Part shown: positions 49,757-58,551 of the stretch, piece after piece
Layout of the letters: every line of letters starts with the position of its first letter
How positions within the stretch are numbered: the stretch's first letter is position 1
Made by a program: the position numbers and the translations under genes
The notes under the pieces: generated by a model
Told to the model about the DNA's origin: nothing
Databases searched by the model: none
Seen by the model: the letters and a program-made list of their open reading frames with translations, nothing else
Assembly: GCA_945859975.1 (NCBI GenBank)
Contig: CAMAPH010000004.1
Span: 32,001 to 96,000, forward strand
Direction: 5' to 3'
DNA from: Chthonomonas calidirosea
GTDB taxonomy: Bacteria; Armatimonadota; Fimbriimonadia; Fimbriimonadales; Fimbriimonadaceae
DNA length: 64,000 nucleotides

Positions 49757-52135
49757 ATGACGTTCATTCTCACCGTATCTCTCCTAGCATTTCAAGCTAA
49801 GTCGTCATTGCCCGCCCCAACCGTTCCGCCGCTGAACGAAAATCCCGTCCTCGCTCAGCTGGAATCGAAGGCCGGACTCCGTTTTGATGATATGTTTCCG
49901 CGCCGCGGGATCAACGGCAAAACCGCGCGTGGCCTCAAGTGGTCGCCAGACGATCGCTACCTCGCCTACCTCTGGAACCCGATCGACGATCGAGGAAGCG
50001 ACCTCTGGCTCTATGACACCAAGTCGGGCGAAAGCAAGCGACTCACAAGCCCTCAGCTTATGTCCGCCTTCGACCGCGATGCCCTAAAGGCGGTCGAGCG
50101 CTACCGAAAGGAAGACGAAGAGTGGCAAAAGGTCGAACTCATGAACGACCTGGAGTATCGAGAGTGGCGGCTGAAGCGCAAAGAAGAGGACGCCAAACGA
50201 CGAGAACCTCAGCCGAACTACAACGGCATCAGCGAGGTCAATTGGTCGCCAAAAAGCGACGAAATCTTGATGACCTTCAAAGGCGACGTCTACCGCTGGA
50301 AACTCGGCGAAGCCAAGCCAGAGCGACTCACCAAGACCAAAGACAACGAATCTCAGCCAAAGTACACGCCAGCTGCGGATGGCTTCACCTACTCGCGCGG
50401 CGGGAGCGTCTATCGCGTCAAGTTCAACAGCCCGATTGTCGAACAGCTGAACCCAGATTTGCCGAACAACCTCCCCGTTTTTGGCTACAACATCTCGCCC
50501 GACGGCAAGAAGCTGCTAATCAACGGCGGACGCGACACCGGTCAGGACCGACAGATTCAGTACATCTCCTACCGAGACCGATTCGCAAAGGCGGTAACCA
50601 CCGGTCGCGGCGTTTCGGACGATGAGTTCAAGAACGAGCAGTACTTGTTCGTGTACGACATCTCCGCAAACGACGACCCAACCAAGCCAGAACAAAAGCC
50701 TTGGGAAGTTTGGAAGTGGGCCGGAGGAAAGGAGTGGCAAGAACTCTCGCTAAACGAGCGAGCTTGGAGTGCCGACTCGAAGAAGGTCGTCTTCGCGACT
50801 TGGAAGCGAATCCAGAAGGACTTCGCCGTTGTTGTCGCCGACCTTGAGAAGAAAGAACTCAAGACGATCTACAAGGCGAAGCCAGATGGTGAGCACGGAA
50901 CTCCCGGCATGGCCGATCCTTTCTTCACCCCCGACGGCACGAAGGTCATCACGATGCTCGACGCCTCTGGTTACCGACACGCTTGGATGCTCGACCCGGC
51001 CACCGAAGGTGCTACGCAGATCACCAAGGGCGATTACGAGGCCTACCCACAGCGAGTCTCTCCCGATGGAAAGACCCTCTTTGTCACGGCGAACAAAGAG
51101 CACCAGGCGCGCAATGACCTCTATGCGGTGAACATGGCCGACTTCGAAATGAAGCGCCTTACCAAGCAAGACGGCTTCTACACCGAGCCCGCCATCAGCG
51201 ATTCCACCAAGCAAATCGCCGCGCAGTTCCGAAACTGGAGCAACCTCACCGAAACATTCGTGATGGATGGCGGCGAAAAGCGCGTTACCACCTCGCACCG
51301 ATCCAGCATTTTTGAGCGCAACAACAAGGTCAAGCCTTCGCTGTTCACCTTCAAGAACCGACACGGGCAGACGATCCACGGGTTCATGTTCAAACCGGCG
51401 GACATGAAGCCGAACGAAAAGCGACCGTTGATGATTTACGTCTACGGCGGTCCGCTCGGAACCGGAAAATCGGTCGAGGATGGTTCGCTCAACACCACGG
51501 CTTACTGGTTCAACCAGTACCTTACGCGAGTAATGGGCTACGTCACCGTAACGATCGACACTCGCGGCCAGAGCGGCTACGGCAACGTGTTTGGTAAGGC
51601 CAACTTCGAGCAGCCTGGTATTCCGCAAACCGAAGACCTCAGCGACTGCGCTAAGTTCTTGATCCAGAATCACGGCGTCGATCCGAAGAAGGTCGCGCTT
51701 AACGGTTGGAGCTTCGGCGGCTTCCAAACCCAGATGTGCATGTACTCCGCCCCCGACGTGTTCACCCTCGGCATCGCCGGTGCGGGACCAACGGAGTGGC
51801 AGAACTACAACACTTGGTACACCACCGGCGTCATCGGCGCGGTGCCCAACTCCAAGCCAGATGACCTGGACAAGTACTCGCTCACCTACCTTGCAAAGAA
51901 CCTGCGCTCGCCGCTCCTCCTTCTGCACGGCATGGAAGATGACAACGTTCTGTTCCAGGACACCGTGAACGTCTATCGTAAGCTTCTGCAGTACGGTCGC
52001 GGACCGCTCGTAGAACTCGCCCTTGACCCGACGGGAGCCCACGGAATGGGTGGAGACATGGACAGCCGCGACCGCCACGCCATCTACCTCGCCTTCATTC
52101 AGAAGTGGTGGGGTCCTTTCATCGCCGGCAAGTAA
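49757..52135 (+). CDS. S9 family peptidase (dipeptidyl peptidase IV-like)
   Basis: Propeller repeats, VYGGP, GWSFGG nucleophile, HGMEDDNV; start ATG 49757. Confidence 0.92.
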   Translation: MTFILTVSLLAFQAKSSLPAPTVPPLNENPVLAQLESKAGLRFDDMFPRRGINGKTARGLKWSPDDRYLAYLWNPIDDRGSDLWLYDTKSGESKRLTSPQLMSAFDRDALKAVERYRKEDEEWQKVELMNDLEYREWRLKRKEEDAKRREPQPNYNGISEVNWSPKSDEILMTFKGDVYRWKLGEAKPERLTKTKDNESQPKYTPAADGFTYSRGGSVYRVKFNSPIVEQLNPDLPNNLPVFGYNISPDGKKLLINGGRDTGQDRQIQYISYRDRFAKAVTTGRGVSDDEFKNEQYLFVYDISANDDPTKPEQKPWEVWKWAGGKEWQELSLNERAWSADSKKVVFATWKRIQKDFAVVVADLEKKELKTIYKAKPDGEHGTPGMADPFFTPDGTKVITMLDASGYRHAWMLDPATEGATQITKGDYEAYPQRVSPDGKTLFVTANKEHQARNDLYAVNMADFEMKRLTKQDGFYTEPAISDSTKQIAAQFRNWSNLTETFVMDGGEKRVTTSHRSSIFERNNKVKPSLFTFKNRHGQTIHGFMFKPADMKPNEKRPLMIYVYGGPLGTGKSVEDGSLNTTAYWFNQYLTRVMGYVTVTIDTRGQSGYGNVFGKANFEQPGIPQTEDLSDCAKFLIQNHGVDPKKVALNGWSFGGFQTQMCMYSAPDVFTLGIAGAGPTEWQNYNTWYTTGVIGAVPNSKPDDLDKYSLTYLAKNLRSPLLLLHGMEDDNVLFQDTVNVYRKLLQYGRGPLVELALDPTGAHGMGGDMDSRDRHAIYLAFIQKWWGPFIAGK

Positions 52136-52143
52136 CGTCGAAA

Positions 52144-52171
52144 GCCGCCCCTAGTACAATCTAGGGGCGGC
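52144..52171. promoter_or_regulatory. 11-bp perfect inverted repeat with TACAAT as loop (terminator and tRNA promoter overlap)
   Basis: GCCGCCCCTAG-TACAAT-CTAGGGGCGGC, 12 nt before tRNA-Leu. Confidence 0.65.
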
Positions 52172-52183
52172 CTCTGAGCCGGA

Positions 52184-52269
52184 GCCCGGGTGGTGAAATG
52201 GTAGACACAGGGGACTTAAAATCCCTTGCTTGCAAGAGCGTGCGAGTTCGAGTCTCGCCCCGGGCACCA
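52184..52269 (+). tRNA. tRNA-Leu (TAA)
   Basis: GCCCGGG-TGGTGAAATGGTAGACAC-AGGGGA-CTTAAAA-TCCCT, long variable arm, GTTCGAGTC, CCCGGGC-A-CCA. Confidence 0.97.
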
Positions 52270-52297
52270 AGCCGCCGTCTGGAACGTCAAAAGAATC

Positions 52298-52618
52298 ATG
52301 GTCACGCTGGAACCAAGCGTCAAGGATGAGATCGTCTCCCGCCTAAAGGCGGTGCCGGGCGTGAGGAAAATCGTCCTGTTTGGTAGCCACGCACGAGGAC
52401 AGGCTGGACCAGACAGCGATATCGACCTGTGGATTGAAATCGACTCGGAACTCACCTTCTTCAAACGCCACGGCTTGCTCCGAGAACGCCTGTATGGGAT
52501 TCTGAGTCCGTTCGACTTGTACCCAGTGACCCCAGCTGAGGCCGAGAGACAGGCAGCGGACTTACATTCGATTACGAGCGAAGTCAAGCGGTCGGGAGTC
52601 GTTTGGTATGAAGCCTAG
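52298..52618 (+). CDS. Minimal nucleotidyltransferase (MNT), copy 1
   Basis: LFGSHARGQAGPDSDIDL (GS-X10-DXD); start ATG 52298. Confidence 0.88.
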   Translation: MVTLEPSVKDEIVSRLKAVPGVRKIVLFGSHARGQAGPDSDIDLWIEIDSELTFFKRHGLLRERLYGILSPFDLYPVTPAEAERQAADLHSITSEVKRSGVVWYEA

Positions 52619-52751
52619 TACGGTCGAGTGGCTTGACTTTGCCAAGGCTGACTTGCTTGGAGCACGGGTTCACGCGGAACCTACTAATCTTAAAAATCTC
52701 GTCCTATTTCACTGCCACCAAGCGTGGCGAAGAAGCGTCAGAAAGCCATGA
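52608..52751 (+). pseudogene. Truncated HEPN domain gene
   Basis: Manual translation MKPSTVEWLDFAKADLLGARVHAEPTNLKNLVLFHCHQAWRRSVRKP*; aligns to the N-terminal third of the intact HEPN downstream, then breaks. Confidence 0.8.
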
Positions 52752-53077
52752 TCACGCTGGAACAGAGCATAAAGGAGGAAATTGTCGCACGCATCCAAGC
52801 CGTCCCTGGAGTGCGAAAGATCGTCCTGTTCGGGAGCCATGCGACTGGAGAAGCGAACGAAAACAGCGACGTGGACCTATGGATTGAGACGGATAGTCCG
52901 GCTTCATATCATCAACGACAAGTGCAAATGTTGGTCGCTCTTCGCGGAATGAGGGTGCCAATCGACGTCATTGCCCTCACGCCGGAAGAAGTCAAGAGCC
53001 GTTGGGGTGTGCTCGGAACAATTGGTTTCGAAGTTGCAAAGGAAGGGGTGCTCCTCTATGAAGCAGATCACGCTTGA
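52748..53077 (+). CDS. Minimal nucleotidyltransferase (MNT), copy 2
   Basis: LFGSHATGEANENSDVDL; N-terminus nearly identical to copy 1. Confidence 0.88.
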   Translation: MITLEQSIKEEIVARIQAVPGVRKIVLFGSHATGEANENSDVDLWIETDSPASYHQRQVQMLVALRGMRVPIDVIALTPEEVKSRWGVLGTIGFEVAKEGVLLYEADHA

Positions 53078-53447
53078 GTGGCTGGACCGAGCAGCCGAAG
53101 ACTTCGACTTAGCTGAAGAACTTTTCCAGGCTGAAAGTAGGTTCAAAAACAACATCGCGTTTCTCGCCCAGCAAGCGTCCGAGAAGTATTTAAAGAGTCT
53201 TCTTATTGAGAACGAGATTGAGTTCCGGAAAACTCACTCTCTTCCGCTGTTGATTGAACTCCTTTTGCCCGCCTTCCCAACCGCTGAAACTGTTCGCCAG
53301 GAAGCTGAACTTCTAACTCCATACGCAGTCGCAAGCCGATACCCCGGTCTGCAAGTTAATGATGTGGATATCCGGCCAGCGATCGAAGCTGCGCGCACGA
53401 TTCGACAATTCGTAACTGGGCACCTACCTGCGACGGAAGGCGCCTAG
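53058..53447 (+). CDS. HEPN domain protein
   Basis: EWLDRAAEDF, FLAQQASEKYLKS, KTHSL, YAVASRYPG; overlaps MNT copy 2. Confidence 0.9.
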   Translation: MKQITLEWLDRAAEDFDLAEELFQAESRFKNNIAFLAQQASEKYLKSLLIENEIEFRKTHSLPLLIELLLPAFPTAETVRQEAELLTPYAVASRYPGLQVNDVDIRPAIEAARTIRQFVTGHLPATEGA

Positions 53448-53463
53448 GCTTCGCGTTCCCACC

Positions 53464-54474
53464 TCATTGGCCCCCAAGTACGTACTTCGCCCGCAGGTAC
53501 GAGACCTGATCAATCAACTCCCGGTTCTTTGTGGAATCAAGTCGGTCCCACCGCTTGCCGTACCAGCCGTCGCTTCCCACTGGGATCGAGGCAAGGGACT
53601 TCACCGGATCGAATGCAAGCACTTTTCGATGCGGTAGCAAGTTCTCAAACAGCAGGTGCGCAAAGCGAGCTTCGTCACGGATAACCTGCGACGCCGGGTC
53701 GACCCATCGACGATGGCAAGCCTTAGCGAGTTCATTGGTCTCGGGCAGGCGCAGTTCCCTTGCTGTTCGGAGCATCAAGGCGGAGTTGTAACTCCACTTC
53801 ATTTTCTCGATTTTCCCGTTCAGGTCGATGCTATCCCAGTAGAGGCCATCCGACGGGTCCCGCATATTCTTGAGAGTCCAGTCGTAGATTTCTTGCGCCT
53901 TCGCTCGGAGTTTCTTTCCGTCCCGGTGTTTCCCCACCGCCAAGCAAGCTGCCGCGACCGGGGCGTTGGAGCAGGAGTTCTTTGATGCCTTATCCGACTC
54001 TCGCCAATAAATCCCGCCACCGAGTTTTGCGTCTTCCCCGCTCAGCGCATATTCCAAAGCGCGCTCCGCCCGATCCAGAAACCGCTTCTCTTTGGTCAGT
54101 TCAAAAATCTCGACGAGAGCCATCGCCATCCAGGCGTTATCGTCGTAGTAGCGGTCAACCGGCTTCGGACCTGGTAGCACGTCATATCCCGGGACCGGTC
54201 CTTTCGGGTTCCAATACACCTCAACTGCGTCTGCGTATCGGATCAATCCGGACCGCAACGCAGGGTCCACCCGGGCCGCCGCGACCCAGGCACTCAGAAC
54301 GACTCCAACCGTCCAATTGAACGCGACGCCGCTCGCCTTTCCATCGGGCGAAATCGCTTCGGCCAGAAGGGATGAATTCGGCACCGAATAAGCCCGGACC
54401 GCCCGCTCGAAACCGAGGTTAGTGTCTTTTAAACACGCGACAGGCGACAAAACAACCAAAAGCGCGGCGATCAT
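53464..54474 (-). CDS. GH76 glycoside hydrolase
   Basis: YYDDNAW catalytic motif, GGIYW, KNSCSNAP, WSYN. Confidence 0.88.
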   Translation of the reverse strand: MIAALLVVLSPVACLKDTNLGFERAVRAYSVPNSSLLAEAISPDGKASGVAFNWTVGVVLSAWVAAARVDPALRSGLIRYADAVEVYWNPKGPVPGYDVLPGPKPVDRYYDDNAWMAMALVEIFELTKEKRFLDRAERALEYALSGEDAKLGGGIYWRESDKASKNSCSNAPVAAACLAVGKHRDGKKLRAKAQEIYDWTLKNMRDPSDGLYWDSIDLNGKIEKMKWSYNSALMLRTARELRLPETNELAKACHRRWVDPASQVIRDEARFAHLLFENLLPHRKVLAFDPVKSLASIPVGSDGWYGKRWDRLDSTKNRELIDQVSYLRAKYVLGGQ

Positions 54475-54610
54475 CTCAACATCTCCGGGTCTATCATAGC
54501 GTCAGAGTGATCAGAGACAAATCGCACACAATGTCCTGGGACTTTGCAAAATTTCATCTCAAGATTGAACGAATCGCCACTGTGAAACACTTATTAAAGT
54601 ACGTGCTCCC

Positions 54611-55777
54611 ATGACGCCAATCCGAAGTGTGCTCCTCACCACCGCGTGCCTGACGTTACTCGTGCCCTCGCTTGGACGAGCCTGTATCAACGACACCGAC
54701 ACCGTCGAGTTCGAACTCAAGAACATGAACTTGCTGGACGAGATCAATAAGGCAAAGGGCCACCGCGAAAAAGGGAGGCTCATTGGCGAACTCGTCATCC
54801 GCGCCGCCGCCGGCCGTTTCGAGCGGTTCCCGAAGAAATATTACGAAATGCGGATTAAGCGGCTGAACGCAGAGCGTGATCTCGATCCGTACGATGCCGA
54901 TGATTTAGCCGTAGCATACGATCGAATCGGCGACAGCAAATCAGCGATCCGAGTCATCCGCGCTTCCCTTTCCCAGCGTCAGGGCAAGAAAGAAGAGATG
55001 TACCGGTTCCACGCCAACTACGGAACCTTCCTTGCTCACGATTGGCTTAAGAGTGGAGCGAAGAAGTCCGACGTGAGCCAATTGGATGAGGCGGCTAAGC
55101 AGATTGAACTCGGGCTAAAGATCCAGCCTGACGCGCACTTTGGCCGGGAACGTGTACAGCTCCAACTACTGCGTTACCTATCCGCCCGAACTCGCGGCAA
55201 GGAAGACCGCCCCCTGTTTGACTTTCTGGCCAACTCTCTAAAGAGGGACGAGATTGCAATCGGGTTGTGCGGGCTCGTAATGATGGGTGCAGCCTACGAA
55301 TCCCCCGACGTATTTGCAACGATTGCACAGTGCCGACCATTCGTTTCCAATTCCGGAACGACGGTTGCCTGGTACCGAGCGGCAGAACTTCTGAAAACCC
55401 GTGAACCATTCTCAGAAATCGTTGACCCAGAAATCGACAGGCTCGTAGCAGACAAAGAGCTTCTCGCAGAAAAAACCGAGGGCTCGAAGTTATATGTTCG
55501 AATCCGACAAAACGGCGAGGCAGTTCACCAGCAGCGCTTGCGGTACATGTTCGATCGCCTTGACAAGGGGAACCATCCGGACTCCGATGAGTACTTCTGG
55601 ACGGATTGGAAAGAACCGGCGTATCCGGTCATTCATCAGACAAGCTACAACGAGCGCATGATGTTTCAACAAACCTTGGTGGCATTAGGAACAGCTGGCC
55701 TCATGCTCCTTGCCATCGGCTTTTACGTCCGTGAGCGCATCATCGCCAAGCGGAAAGCAAAGTTGCCGACCAAATGA
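54611..55777 (+). CDS. Exported hypothetical protein with TPR-like helices and C-terminal TM anchor
   Basis: Signal peptide, CINDTDT, DDLAVAYD, HANYGTF, PDAHFGRE; hydrophobic helix plus basic tail. Confidence 0.75.
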   Translation: MTPIRSVLLTTACLTLLVPSLGRACINDTDTVEFELKNMNLLDEINKAKGHREKGRLIGELVIRAAAGRFERFPKKYYEMRIKRLNAERDLDPYDADDLAVAYDRIGDSKSAIRVIRASLSQRQGKKEEMYRFHANYGTFLAHDWLKSGAKKSDVSQLDEAAKQIELGLKIQPDAHFGRERVQLQLLRYLSARTRGKEDRPLFDFLANSLKRDEIAIGLCGLVMMGAAYESPDVFATIAQCRPFVSNSGTTVAWYRAAELLKTREPFSEIVDPEIDRLVADKELLAEKTEGSKLYVRIRQNGEAVHQQRLRYMFDRLDKGNHPDSDEYFWTDWKEPAYPVIHQTSYNERMMFQQTLVALGTAGLMLLAIGFYVRERIIAKRKAKLPTK

Positions 55778-55794
55778 TTCCAAAATAGACCCCA

Positions 55795-56334
55795 GTGCAA
55801 TCCACCGCCGTCGACCTGCTGATCACCGGATTCGGACCGTTCCTCAACATTGAGGACAACCCGTCGAGCTATCTCGCCGAAAACTCCGGGCTCCCGTTCC
55901 GAATCCTGCCGGTCACGTTCGCGGGGGTGGAATCGTTCTTGGCCGAGTGCCAAGGAACGCCTCCGCGACGGTTGCTCATGCTCGGCGTTGCGGCCGGAAG
56001 AGCCAAGTTCACGCCGGAACTCTTCGGGTGGAATCTCATCGGCGACACCGCCGACGCCGCCGGCGTGACCCAGCCCGGACTCATTGAGCCCGATGGTCCG
56101 TTCTTCCGAGAGTCCACCCTCTGGAGCAAAACTCAACTCATCCAACTTGTCCTTGGCGGAACCACCGGCCTCAGCGGCAGCCCCGGACATTACCTCTGCA
56201 ACTATGCCCTGTACCGGGCGCTTGGCACGTTGCCTGGCACCAAAGTTGGCTTTCTCCACGTCCCCGGAGACCAACATATGACGCGAGAAGAGATGCAGCA
56301 GAGGTTTCAAACGGTGCTGAAAGAACTAAACTAG
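55795..56334 (+). CDS. Pyroglutamyl-peptidase I (C15)
   Basis: LITGFGPF, NPS, GHYLCNY (Cys), FLHVP (His). Confidence 0.88.
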   Translation: MQSTAVDLLITGFGPFLNIEDNPSSYLAENSGLPFRILPVTFAGVESFLAECQGTPPRRLLMLGVAAGRAKFTPELFGWNLIGDTADAAGVTQPGLIEPDGPFFRESTLWSKTQLIQLVLGGTTGLSGSPGHYLCNYALYRALGTLPGTKVGFLHVPGDQHMTREEMQQRFQTVLKELN

Positions 56335-56338
56335 GGCG

Positions 56339-57262
56339 GTGCCCCGCGTTTCGGTTTTGCTCACTTGCTACAACCACTTCCGCTATTTGCCGGAGGCGCT
56401 GGAAGGCATCCGTAATCAGACCTACCGCGACTTCGAAATCATCGCGATTGATGACGGAAGCACGGACGGCACGCGTGAATGGCTCTCACGCCAAACCGAC
56501 CTGAAAACCATCTTTAACGAGGACAACCTCGGCACCTACGGGTCGCTCAACGTTGCCCTCGCCGCCGCCGAAGGCGAGCTCGTCGCGATCCTCAATGACG
56601 ACGACGTGTGGCTCCCAGAAAAGCTGGAGAAACAGGTCGCGCTGCTCGACGCTCACCCCGAAGTCGGGCTGGTCCACACCGGCGGCTACTTCATTGATGG
56701 CGACAGCAACCGGACCGAAGGCAACCCGCTTGGCTTCCGCTTCCCCCGCTTCGAAACTGGCGACATCCTCCTTGGTTTGGTCTTCGAAAACAAAATCATC
56801 GCCAGTGCCGCCCTCGCCCGGACCGAAATTCTTCGCGAACTCGGCGGATTCAATGAGCGCTACTTCGGCAGCGGCGACTGGGAGATGTGGTTCCGCGTTG
56901 CCGAGGTAGCCGACGTCGGCTTCGTCGACGCCCCGCTCACCCTCTACCGGGTCCACGGAGCGAATGCGAGCCACAAGCTCGAACGAATATGGCGAGACGA
57001 CGAAATGCTCCGAGAGTGGATCCACGAACGCCTCGACGCGAACCTGAAGGCGGGACGATTGCATCCCCGCGACGTCGGTGAGTTCGGGGCGATGTCGTTC
57101 AACTTTGCCGCGCTCGGCACGGTGCAAATGCTCAACGGAAAGCCCGAGGACGCCCGTCGTAGCTATAAAAAGTCCCTGCGACTGAACCCGCTTCGTTGGC
57201 AAACCTACGCTCGGTATCTCCTAACCTTCGCCGGCCCGGCCAAGTTTCGAAAGTTTCTCTGA
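56339..57262 (+). CDS. Family 2 glycosyltransferase
   Basis: VSVLLTCYN, DDGSTDGT, LNDDD.WLPEKLEKQ, DWEMW. Confidence 0.92.
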   Translation: MPRVSVLLTCYNHFRYLPEALEGIRNQTYRDFEIIAIDDGSTDGTREWLSRQTDLKTIFNEDNLGTYGSLNVALAAAEGELVAILNDDDVWLPEKLEKQVALLDAHPEVGLVHTGGYFIDGDSNRTEGNPLGFRFPRFETGDILLGLVFENKIIASAALARTEILRELGGFNERYFGSGDWEMWFRVAEVADVGFVDAPLTLYRVHGANASHKLERIWRDDEMLREWIHERLDANLKAGRLHPRDVGEFGAMSFNFAALGTVQMLNGKPEDARRSYKKSLRLNPLRWQTYARYLLTFAGPAKFRKFL

Positions 57263-57386
57263 AATGCACAGATTCTTGAGAAAAACCCAGCAGTTCCTGC
57301 ATGATCCTTAACAATCGCCAGGGTTATGATCACGGGGGAACCGAACGACGCGCCAACTCGTAACTGCAGGTTCGAACAAGCGGAGC

Positions 57387-58532
57387 ATGTCCAAACGCAT
57401 TTATCTCGATTTCGCGGCGACTTCACCCTTACGGCCTGAAGTTAGGAAGGCCATGCTGCCGTGGCTTGAGTCGGGCAACCCAAGCAGCCTCCACATCGAT
57501 GGCCGCCGTGCGAAAGGCGCGATTGATCAAGCACGAGAACGGGTCAGCACCGCGCTTGGATGCGAGTTTGGGGAGTGCCTTTTCACCTCCGGTGCAACCG
57601 AGTCTGCCAATGCCGCCATCATCGGCGCTGCGGTCGCTAACGAGGATCCAACCCGACGGCGCGTGCTCATCTCCGCGGCCGAGCACCACTGCGTGCTCCA
57701 CACGCAGTCGATGCTGGAACGCCTGGGCTACCAAGTCACGCTGCTCCCCGTTGGCCGAGACACGAGACCTGACTTCGATAGAGTCGGAGCCGAACTGACC
57801 ACTGATGTCCTTCTGATCGCCGTCATGCACGCGAACAACGAGACCGGCGCGATCACGGACGTTGCGGCCATTGCTGATAAAGCTCACGAAGCCGGAGTCC
57901 TTGTGTTCTCCGACGCCGTTCAGACCTTCACCAAGATTCCCAACCTCGTCAAGAAGCTGAGGGCCGACCTCATCGCCGTTTCCGCCCATAAAATCGGCGG
58001 ACCTCAGGGTGTCGGCGCCTTGTACGTCAAAGCGGGAACCAAGCTGAAGCCGCTCGTCGGTGGCGGTGGCCAAGAACGGGAGCTCCGGGGCGGCACGGAG
58101 AACGTGGCCGGGATCATAGGCTTCGCCGGCGCAGTGACTTTGCCAATGTCCGACGCAATGACGAAGAGCGCCCGCGATGCTCTCCTAAAGCGCCTAATCT
58201 CCGGAGGTGCGGTGCCGACGCTTTCGCCGGAAACCCCGACCCTGAACACACACTGTCACGTACGGTTCCCAGGCGTCGAGTCAGAGTCGATGCTTATTCG
58301 CCTCGATCGCGCCGGGGTAAGCGCCAGCGCCGGAGCTGCCTGCAGCAGCGGAAGCCTTGAAGCATCACATGTTTTACTCGCCGCCGGATTCTCCGAGGCC
58401 GAAGCCAAAGAGGGGCTTCGCTTCACTTTGGGCCCCGGCATTGGGCCGAACGACGCCATTCTCGCTGCCGATCGAATCATCCAAGCCGCCCAGGCTATTC
58501 TGGGCATCGAGAAATCCCGAGTCGCCAGATAG
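57387..58532 (+). CDS. iscS: Cysteine desulfurase (IscS/NifS family)
   Basis: YLDFAATSP, GNPSSLH, NNETG, SAHKIGGP, SAGAACSSG. Confidence 0.92.
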   Translation: MSKRIYLDFAATSPLRPEVRKAMLPWLESGNPSSLHIDGRRAKGAIDQARERVSTALGCEFGECLFTSGATESANAAIIGAAVANEDPTRRRVLISAAEHHCVLHTQSMLERLGYQVTLLPVGRDTRPDFDRVGAELTTDVLLIAVMHANNETGAITDVAAIADKAHEAGVLVFSDAVQTFTKIPNLVKKLRADLIAVSAHKIGGPQGVGALYVKAGTKLKPLVGGGGQERELRGGTENVAGIIGFAGAVTLPMSDAMTKSARDALLKRLISGGAVPTLSPETPTLNTHCHVRFPGVESESMLIRLDRAGVSASAGAACSSGSLEASHVLLAAGFSEAEAKEGLRFTLGPGIGPNDAILAADRIIQAAQAILGIEKSRVAR

Positions 58533-58551
58533 CCTCTGGTACCTTGAAATT

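Noticed and set aside
50750..52078. Long antisense ORFs (e.g. 442 aa here; also 11344-12480, 15533-16465, 44109-45209, 35464-36297)
   Set aside because: They are shadows of GC-rich, strongly biased real genes on the opposite strand, with no recognisable motifs
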